The notes beneath the pieces are model-generated. The model was not told the DNA's origin. It did no database searches and saw only the letters and a program-made list of their open reading frames with translations. This document shows positions 55,600-62,479 of a stretch of DNA of 64,000 bases, in pieces (position 1 is the first letter of the stretch; the number at the start of each line of letters is the position of its first letter). The stretch is from a virus (taxonomy: Duplodnaviria > Caudoviricetes), in IMG/VR virus record IMGVR_UViG_3300014205_000007, positions 1 to 64,000 of that record; one strand, written 5' to 3'. The position numbers and the translations under genes were made by a program.

Positions 55600-56232
55600 T
55601 TAATCAATCGCCATGTTAGACCTGTCATAGGCAGGTCTTGCGGCTGCGATATCTTCCTGTAGAGTCGGATCGACAGCCTGTCGCACGAAGGTATTGGCTC
55701 TGGCCTGTGGCGTGTTGACATCGATCCCGGCAGACGCAGCAGCAAGACCGCGCTCCGACTTGGCGCGGTACATCTTTTCATCGGCGGCGCGCTTGAGATC
55801 GGACATTGCTTCCTTGTGCAGGACTTCTGGACGCTCCCACAGACCCAAGTCCCCACAAATGATGCCACCCTTGGCTTCGAGCGAGCCGAATACGCCTGGA
55901 TGGCGCTCGTGAGGCACGCGGGTCCAGCCCCCGTTCATATGCAGCCCGGAATGATACTGGCTGTCAACCTGATTGCGAACCGTCTCTCGTTTCCATTCGT
56001 ACGCCCAGCCTTCCGGCTCGTACTGCTTGGCGAGGGCGTAGGGATCATCGCCAGTCGAGGTCTGGGTGCGCCAGATGGGCTTGCCGTCGCGCCCGATGGC
56101 CACGGCCCGACCACGCGGGGCGGTGACATTGGGAGCACCGCGGGCATTGCTCGCGACCGCGGCGTTCATCACCTCGGCATCGGCCATTGCCTCTGCCTTG
56201 GGCTGCTTATGGGTGTCCTTACGGGGCGCCAT
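55600..56232 (-). CDS. Conserved head-module protein downstream of the scaffold
   Basis: PEGWAYEWKR, GGWTRVP..RHP, GDLGLWERP. Confidence 0.7.
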   Translation of the reverse strand: MAPRKDTHKQPKAEAMADAEVMNAAVASNARGAPNVTAPRGRAVAIGRDGKPIWRTQTSTGDDPYALAKQYEPEGWAYEWKRETVRNQVDSQYHSGLHMNGGWTRVPHERHPGVFGSLEAKGGIICGDLGLWERPEVLHKEAMSDLKRAADEKMYRAKSERGLAAASAGIDVNTPQARANTFVRQAVDPTLQEDIAAARPAYDRSNMAID

Positions 56233-56236
56233 CGTT

Positions 56237-56686
56237 CTATTCCTTACCTTCTAGCTGTGCGCTGTTCTCGTCTGTGATATACTCATACTTTGGACGCGCG
56301 CTGGCCCAATCCTTTTCCCACGATGGGTCAATGTTATTTTCACAGCATTCGCGCGCAACGCACCTTGCTTCGGCGTCCTTGCTCAAGCGCCACATCTGGG
56401 CAGCATACCGCCGATAGGCTGACATCGGAGACAGCCTGGAATACATAATCCGCGCCGCCTCTTTTTGCTCGGCCGTTAAAAAAATGGCGCGCACCTTGAC
56501 CGCAAACGGAACCTTGGCTGCCTCTTCACCGTAACGGGTGAACCCATTCGCAGGGGCGTGCCGCCATACAGGTTCTTCCATATAGCCGTTATCTGGATTA
56601 ACCTTGCTGTCTCGAACCAAGCTCCTCAAAAGGGTGTTGACCTCATCAATAAACTGGCGCGGGTCCGGGATGTGCCTCATCATCAC
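56237..56686 (-). CDS. Hypothetical protein carrying a scaffold-C-terminus-like motif
   Basis: FLTAEQKEAARIMYSRLSPMSAYRRYA. Confidence 0.6.
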   Translation of the reverse strand: MMMRHIPDPRQFIDEVNTLLRSLVRDSKVNPDNGYMEEPVWRHAPANGFTRYGEEAAKVPFAVKVRAIFLTAEQKEAARIMYSRLSPMSAYRRYAAQMWRLSKDAEARCVARECCENNIDPSWEKDWASARPKYEYITDENSAQLEGKE

Positions 56687-57753
56687 CGATACTTCCCATC
56701 GCGAATGGCCATCGCCTTGTTGCGTGCGTACTTCTCGCGCGCTTCCTGGGCCGAAAGATTGGGATACATCTGTGTCGCCATGCTCTGCTCATCGGGGTTC
56801 AATCGAACCTTGCCGCCACTGGACACGCCATTCGATCCATTCTTGGGCGCTGAGTTGCGCGAGACCGGCGCGGCGACGACGGGCTTCTTCTTGGGTTCCG
56901 GCTCCGTCTCCACCTCGGTATCCTCTTCGCTGGCCTCTTCCTCTTGTGCTTCCTCGCTCAGTCCGAACTTGGCGTTCAGCGCTTCGAGGAATTCCCTGGA
57001 GTTGAGCGGCTTTTCCTCAACTGTCGTGAAGTAGTCGGCAAACTTCAGGAACTTGGTGTTGAGCTTGGAGTCGGTGATGAACTCGCGGTTCTCGTTAAGC
57101 CAGTCGGCAACCTTGGTTCCAACACCCTGGCGGATCGACGTAATGTAGTCGTCCGGGGTGAGCTGCTTTGGCTCTTCTTTCTTCGGCTCCTCCCGCTTTG
57201 GAGCGTCCTGATTGGCTACCACGGATTCAACAAGGCGCTTGGCCCTTAGAAGCTCCTGCTCGACCCCGGACTTGCCGGCTTCAAGCTGGGCCATGTGGGC
57301 AGCGGCAACAGCAATCGCCTCACGCGCGTTCTGCGCTGCGCGCTTGTCGCCCGCATCTTCAGCAGCAAGCTCCTCACGCTTCTGGAACTCGATCCACTGC
57401 TTCTGAGCGTTGAGCGCCGTTTCGATGTTAGAGGTGTCGCTGGCCACCTTGTCATAGTGGGCACGCGCGGCATAGTATTCGTTGTCCTTGGCCTTCTTCT
57501 CTGCCTCGGTCAGTCTGGCATCGCGCGATTCAACCTGCGTCTTCCATTCGTCCTCTTTCCGTCGCAGAGCCTCGGCATGCTCCTTGCGGATAGTCTCGAT
57601 GACGTCATCGGCCGGCTCGGGCTTGCGCTCCCTGGCTGGCTTTGTGTCCTTTGCCTTTGGCTCTTCCGGCGGCAGCCAACCAAGAGCAGCGTCAACACCG
57701 CTTGGAATGTCGATATCGACATCAATCAACAGGTCGCGGTTTTCGTTATTCAT
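56683..57753 (-). CDS. Capsid scaffolding protein
   Basis: Acidic coiled coil, W..EN.EF, AAPVSR, VRLNPDEQ..A...S..EA..KYARNK. Confidence 0.75.
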   Translation of the reverse strand: MNNENRDLLIDVDIDIPSGVDAALGWLPPEEPKAKDTKPARERKPEPADDVIETIRKEHAEALRRKEDEWKTQVESRDARLTEAEKKAKDNEYYAARAHYDKVASDTSNIETALNAQKQWIEFQKREELAAEDAGDKRAAQNAREAIAVAAAHMAQLEAGKSGVEQELLRAKRLVESVVANQDAPKREEPKKEEPKQLTPDDYITSIRQGVGTKVADWLNENREFITDSKLNTKFLKFADYFTTVEEKPLNSREFLEALNAKFGLSEEAQEEEASEEDTEVETEPEPKKKPVVAAPVSRNSAPKNGSNGVSSGGKVRLNPDEQSMATQMYPNLSAQEAREKYARNKAMAIRDGKYR

Positions 57754-58133
57754 GCGCTCGCCTCAACCCGTTCTGCCGATTCCCCTTCACGGGTTTCTGA
57801 CACCGCACCCCAGAACGCTTTGTTTGCCGACTCGGGCAGACAGTGAAATCTCATGTAGGCATGCCATACTCCGTCACGGAACCCGACCTCTGGCCTCGTC
57901 CGCCACGCTACGCAATGCACGTCGTCATGTTGTGACTCCGCTGCGTGCAGGCCAGCATCAATCTTTTCAATCACGGCATCGCACACGGCATCCACTCCGT
58001 CCCCTCTCAAGTGTATGGCCCTGTATGCGATGCGATGAGAGGAGCATGCGCACGGCAAATCGTCGTAGTCCAAGCGGTCACGCGCCAAAAGAATGTCGCG
58101 AACGCGCTCACGGAGTCGCTCGGTCGGTTCCAT
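57750..58133 (-). CDS. Hypothetical protein
   Basis: Overlaps both neighbours; WRTRPE. Confidence 0.55.
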   Translation of the reverse strand: MEPTERLRERVRDILLARDRLDYDDLPCACSSHRIAYRAIHLRGDGVDAVCDAVIEKIDAGLHAAESQHDDVHCVAWRTRPEVGFRDGVWHAYMRFHCLPESANKAFWGAVSETREGESAERVEASA

Positions 58134-58624
58134 TACCGCACCGTCCGTGGGTCTTTCACCCGCATCTTGATCGATGACCAGTGAAACCGTTTGCAGTTGA
58201 CGTACTCTTCCGAGCTATCGATGGAGCGCAGAAAAACCTCGCCCGTGGTGTCGGCGGCCTTGAACAGCACCCAATCCCCTTTCTCGGGGACAATGCCTTC
58301 ATAGGGCTGGCCGTTGACCATCCACTTGAACGCAGTCGGCCCAGCCTTGATGATGCAGCCGACTTTGGCCTGATAGCGGGTTTCCGCAACCTCGTTCTCA
58401 GATGTGATGATCCTATAGGCTTTCCCGTTGACGTCGGTGCCGCGCGCCGCAACGTTGGGGCGCACATAGAGGCCGATCAGAACCTCTTCATCGAGCACCT
58501 CGTACTGGTCAAGATCGCCGAGGGCTGCGAAAATCGCCGCCTTCTGCTCGTCGGGCGTATCCATCTCGGAACGCTTGTAGACATCGGACTTCAGCGCCGT
58601 AATATTGACTGGATTACTGGTCAT
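58133..58624 (-). CDS. GroES-like co-chaperonin
   Basis: VLIGLYVRP..., KVGCIIKAGPTAF..KGDWVLF; upstream of the scaffold. Confidence 0.75.
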   Translation of the reverse strand: MTSNPVNITALKSDVYKRSEMDTPDEQKAAIFAALGDLDQYEVLDEEVLIGLYVRPNVAARGTDVNGKAYRIITSENEVAETRYQAKVGCIIKAGPTAFKWMVNGQPYEGIVPEKGDWVLFKAADTTGEVFLRSIDSSEEYVNCKRFHWSSIKMRVKDPRTVR

Positions 58625-58678
58625 TCTTGTCCCCTCTAGAAAACATGCGGGAACGCACAACAAATCAGCCTCGCATTC

Positions 58679-58906
58679 TTATTCCGACATCAAATCCGAT
58701 TCTATCTCTTCGAGCCACGCTATGGCATGGGTCAAAGCCTCTCGGTATCCGAGAGCGTGTGAATATCCCATGGACGTGGCCGCCACGTCACCGACAACCC
58801 GACAGCTTCCCGTCGCTAGAGCCTCGGCGTTAGACTCGATAACATCGTTGACCTTACGCACCAAGCGCTTGTGAAGCTCGGACTCATAGGATGTATATTT
58901 GCTCAC
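58679..58906 (-). CDS. Small helical head-module protein
   Basis: EALATG...Y....GYREAL; position between portal and GroES. Confidence 0.65.
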   Translation of the reverse strand: MSKYTSYESELHKRLVRKVNDVIESNAEALATGSCRVVGDVAATSMGYSHALGYREALTHAIAWLEEIESDLMSE

Positions 58907-59143
58907 TTATGCGGCCCACGCCGAGCATACCGACAAATCCTGCGTGACAACAGGAGAAGGACTGGCCTTGGCGCTCACGGCGCATTCCCCGAAAGAAGGT
59001 GCCCCATATCTCGGCCTCCAATGCTTGCAGTTGCCACACTGATGCACCGGAATATCCTCTATGACCGCAAGGTCAATCACCTGTAGGGCCGGCGCTGAAA
59101 GACCAACGGAGCCAACATTCTTTTTCTCGATCTTAGTGGGCAT
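58907..59143 (-). CDS. Small Cys-motif protein
   Basis: CGNCKHW...GEC...CSAW. Confidence 0.6.
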   Translation of the reverse strand: MPTKIEKKNVGSVGLSAPALQVIDLAVIEDIPVHQCGNCKHWRPRYGAPSFGECAVSAKASPSPVVTQDLSVCSAWAA

Positions 59144-59318
59144 GCTTGCCTCTGCGGTCGTTGCCATCGCTTTGTGCAGGAGGTATCTGCCCCGTCGTGA
59201 GGTAGACAAAGAGATCCTCTGCCTCGATGCACAGCACATCGGCCGGCTTCCACGGCGTATCAGGGTATCTTGCCCGCACAATGTGGAAACACTGCAACCT
59301 AAGTTCCGGCTCGGTCAT
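59133..59318 (-). CDS. Small protein, paralog of 59327-59548
   Basis: LRLQC..I...EAEDLFVYLTTG. Confidence 0.6.
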   Translation of the reverse strand: MTEPELRLQCFHIVRARYPDTPWKPADVLCIEAEDLFVYLTTGQIPPAQSDGNDRRGKHAH

Positions 59319-59326
59319 GGGTTGCC

Positions 59327-59548
59327 TCAGTGCGTGTGCTTGCTCTTCATGGCTTCCGCCTCTTCATTCTCGTCATTCTCGTCACGCTGGATGTCCTGGG
59401 CGACTTTTGGAAGCTTTCCGTTATTGACCCATTTCGTCAGCATGTCGGCGGCCAGGAGCAAAAGCTCAGGCTCATCGTGTGAGGATGCTTCATGGGCAAT
59501 GCGCAGGCATTCAAGGCGCATGAAGTCGTCTGGAATCTGGCTGCTCAT
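59327..59548 (-). CDS. Small protein, paralog of 59133-59318
   Basis: MRLECLRIA...AADMLTKWVNNG. Confidence 0.65.
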   Translation of the reverse strand: MSSQIPDDFMRLECLRIAHEASSHDEPELLLLAADMLTKWVNNGKLPKVAQDIQRDENDENEEAEAMKSKHTH

Positions 59549-59557
59549 AAGGTCTCC

Positions 59558-59692
59558 TTATTTCTTAACCGTACCGGGCGCCGAGCCATAAGCCTTGGCC
59601 TTGTCCAATCGGCCCTGACCCCCACCGGCCCCGGCCTTGGAAACCTTGATCGTGCCCTTGGTGGGCTGCTGTGCTGGCGGTGCCTTGGCCAT
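59558..59692 (-). CDS. 44-aa basic peptide (not in the ORF track)
   Basis: MAKAPP...KAGAGGGQGRLDKAKAYG. Confidence 0.6.
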   Translation of the reverse strand: MAKAPPAQQPTKGTIKVSKAGAGGGQGRLDKAKAYGSAPGTVKK

Positions 59693-59764
59693 GGTGATGC
59701 CCCATAAATGTGAGAAAAACGCTTAGCACGATTCTGCCAAGCGATGGCTTTGAGAAGCTGTGGA

Positions 59765-60310
59765 TTACTTACACGACCCGCCGCGCTTGAACTTGGTTTC
59801 CTTTTGCCCCTTATGCAGGCTGGATTCGTGCTTGTGCACCATCTTGGAGATCATCTTCTTGTCCTCGGCGGCATCGGGATGGACCTTGCCACCCATCGCC
59901 CGTCCGATCCGTCCACCCTTGGCCATAGGCCCCTGCGGAGGTATCGGGGGACCAGATGGCGGCATAGACGGCCCTGAAGGCCCTGGCGGCGGCCCTGGCG
60001 GGCCACCCGGCATCGCCCCAGGCGGCGGCATAGGCATAGGCGATGCCCCACCCTCCTTGGGCATGATGATGACGTTGACATTGGTGCCGGCGCTCTTGCC
60101 GTCCTTGCCCATCTTGCGGCCAGGACGATCCAGGCGGGACTTGGCCATCCCACCTTCGACGGGACCGGGCATATTGGCTGCCCCGACAGCGCCTCCAGAG
60201 GCATAGGCTTTGACCTTCTGGCCTGCAACCTTACCTGATACCTTTGAACCCATGAACTTGGAAAGCTTGGCGGCCATCCCGGACTTGGCCTGATCGCGAA
60301 TGTTCTTCAT
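59765..60310 (-). CDS. Basic, Pro-rich protein with AxGG motifs
   Basis: YASGGAV, TNVNVII, poly-Pro, MAKGGRI, HPDAAEDKKMI, FKRGG. Confidence 0.75.
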   Translation of the reverse strand: MKNIRDQAKSGMAAKLSKFMGSKVSGKVAGQKVKAYASGGAVGAANMPGPVEGGMAKSRLDRPGRKMGKDGKSAGTNVNVIIMPKEGGASPMPMPPPGAMPGGPPGPPPGPSGPSMPPSGPPIPPQGPMAKGGRIGRAMGGKVHPDAAEDKKMISKMVHKHESSLHKGQKETKFKRGGSCK

Positions 60311-60357
60311 GGGTCTTATTCCCCGTTGGTCTTGAGGATCGGGACTATAGGCTGATT

Positions 60358-60567
60358 CTACTCCGATAGAATGGTGCTCGTGAGCTTTGCCTCAATCCCG
60401 TCAAGGCGGTCGCGGATTGAGGCAACAGCGGCGAGATAGGCTGGAAACGGTGCCTGATTGCCCATCGCTACTTCATAGCGGCACTTGGTTTCATAAAGGT
60501 CAAGCGCCCGCGTGAGTGCTATCATCTCTGAGTCATTTAGAGTTAGGGTGTACGTATATGTGGTCAT
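60358..60567 (-). CDS. Hypothetical protein
   Basis: ATGA overlap. Confidence 0.5.
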   Translation of the reverse strand: MTTYTYTLTLNDSEMIALTRALDLYETKCRYEVAMGNQAPFPAYLAAVASIRDRLDGIEAKLTSTILSE

Positions 60568-60800
60568 GAGCGGCTGACCATCGTGTTAAAAATGTCAACA
60601 TAAACACGGGGAGCCTCTGTCTTCGGGAAGTACGGCCCCATCACACAGCCAGCTTCACGCACAAGCCCAATTGCCGCGCCCGCATCGCCTTCGGCCATCT
60701 TGGCTTCTGCTTCCAAAAGGAGATTTTGATATCTCCGTTCAATGTCGTTAGGCGGAGGAATGTACGTCAGTCCTTCCCGAGCAAATCTACGCATCACCAT
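60564..60800 (-). CDS. Hypothetical protein
   Basis: GGAG RBS; overlaps the upstream gene. Confidence 0.5.
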   Translation of the reverse strand: MVMRRFAREGLTYIPPPNDIERRYQNLLLEAEAKMAEGDAGAAIGLVREAGCVMGPYFPKTEAPRVYVDIFNTMVSRS

Positions 60801-61915
60801 TCTCTCCCATATTTATCCTCTCGTTCCGTCTCCCATGGTGGCCTCGCTTTTCTTTGTTCGTCATCGAGCGCGCGTCTGCGCTGAACATTCCTCGCTTCAA
60901 GCTCACCGAAGGCGCGGGCATATTTTTCATAAGGGTTTCCTTGCGCCAACCGCATCAGCGTGTTGGCGATATCGCGGGCTTGCGATACATGAGATTCCAA
61001 TGCGTCAACCCACTCCGTATCGCCGCGATGACGCGCCGCATCTTGTTCGCGCCGAAGCCCGTCGTATGTTGCAACCGCATCTGGAAGCGCCGCTATGGCG
61101 TTGCTCTGTTCTTGGGCAAGGACGTGCGGGTTGGCCCCCGGAGAAAAGTCTTCCTTGCCTTGGACGTAGTGCTGCAGCTCGTGAAGCCCAACGTCCGTGA
61201 TGTCCGGCAGGCTCGGGGCGTCGATATCCATAACCCCTTCTCCCCCAGGCAAAATCTCCCGCATTGAGCCCAAGTGGCTGTCTGGCCTAAACGCTCCCTC
61301 TGGGTGTTTCATGGAAGGGTCCAAAGAGTAACGATAGGCTATTGCTTTGGCGCTCGGATACGCTTCGAAGAACTCTGGATGCATTAACCCAGAACGCATT
61401 GCGGTGCCGTAAGTTTCACCGACGTCGTATAGATCGCGGCCAGCCGCATTCGTTAGTCGCGCATCGTTATCCGGTATCTCGTACCGCCATTTCTGATCTG
61501 GACCCTGGAACCATCCTGTTTCCTTCCATACCGCATCGCGTGTGGCCCCGCTTTTAGCGAGTTCATGCGCTCGTGCCATCATGGATAGATCGGCTGTTCT
61601 GGCTCCCGGTCCGGCAAATATCCCGAGCAGCGGCAGTCCCGTTTCAGCGGCCTTGGCCCATTCTCTATCCTTGAGATTACCGTAGGTTTGAGCAAGGAGT
61701 TGTCCTGTTCCATACCCTCCCATGGTAGGAGATAGGGATTCAGCGACGGGCATCATATAGTCTTGCGGTCTGTCTGGGAGGTTTCTGATCTCGCCTTGGT
61801 AAAGTGATGGATCGCCGGGAGGGGGGAGCGGAGCGGCGGTATGGTCCTGTTCTCTTTCCAGAAGAGCTGGACCGTAGTGTTTGGTCAATGCCTTGATGAT
61901 TTCATCGTCTGCCAT
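60794..61915 (-). CDS. LPD23-like domain plus zincin metallopeptidase (polyvalent-protein modules)
   Basis: VWKETGWFQGPDQKWRYEIPD; LHELQHYVQ..E (HExxH); GELEARNVQRR. Confidence 0.8.
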   Translation of the reverse strand: MADDEIIKALTKHYGPALLEREQDHTAAPLPPPGDPSLYQGEIRNLPDRPQDYMMPVAESLSPTMGGYGTGQLLAQTYGNLKDREWAKAAETGLPLLGIFAGPGARTADLSMMARAHELAKSGATRDAVWKETGWFQGPDQKWRYEIPDNDARLTNAAGRDLYDVGETYGTAMRSGLMHPEFFEAYPSAKAIAYRYSLDPSMKHPEGAFRPDSHLGSMREILPGGEGVMDIDAPSLPDITDVGLHELQHYVQGKEDFSPGANPHVLAQEQSNAIAALPDAVATYDGLRREQDAARHRGDTEWVDALESHVSQARDIANTLMRLAQGNPYEKYARAFGELEARNVQRRRALDDEQRKARPPWETEREDKYGREW

Positions 61916-61973
61916 AGACATTGACCTTGATATGGTGTTGACAGATGCTCACTATCGAGTTCGCATCTTGCGC

Positions 61974-62393
61974 TCAAGCCGCGCGGCTTGACTCACGAGA
62001 TTTGATAAGGTCCAGCACGGCCCAAGCGTCTGCGCCAGAGACTTTGATCGTGTGGTCATGGCGCCAGTCAGAACCTTTATCATCACCGTCAGACTCGTTG
62101 TGATGAATGTGGATCACAAGATCGATTTCACATCCCTGGTACTTTCCAGATTCATACTTTTCTATCGTTTTCACCGACCCACTCGACATTGACACGCCTC
62201 CTAGATTGCACGCATGTTCAATCGCTGCCCTATGCGATCGATGTCGGCTACGCGCGCCTTGATCCGCTTTCACTGCTCTTCGTTTGGAACATTTGCAGTG
62301 CACTCGCTCAAAGTTTTCTAACACTATCCACGCTTTCGCCCATTCCTTCCCGTGCCATAGGACAAGCCAACGGTAACGGATACGTGCGAACAT
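61974..62393 (-). CDS. Hypothetical protein (possibly two fused small ORFs)
   Basis: GAGGAG RBS at the start; a second AGGAGG before the internal MSSG. Confidence 0.45.
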   Translation of the reverse strand: MFARIRYRWLVLWHGKEWAKAWIVLENFERVHCKCSKRRAVKADQGARSRHRSHRAAIEHACNLGGVSMSSGSVKTIEKYESGKYQGCEIDLVIHIHHNESDGDDKGSDWRHDHTIKVSGADAWAVLDLIKSRESSRAA

Positions 62394-62479
62394 TTACTCC
62401 TCGCTTCAACCCGATGGGAGGTGAGAAGGCAACCAACTCTCAACTTGCGCCGGGAGGGTTGCCTGAAACAAATCTTACC

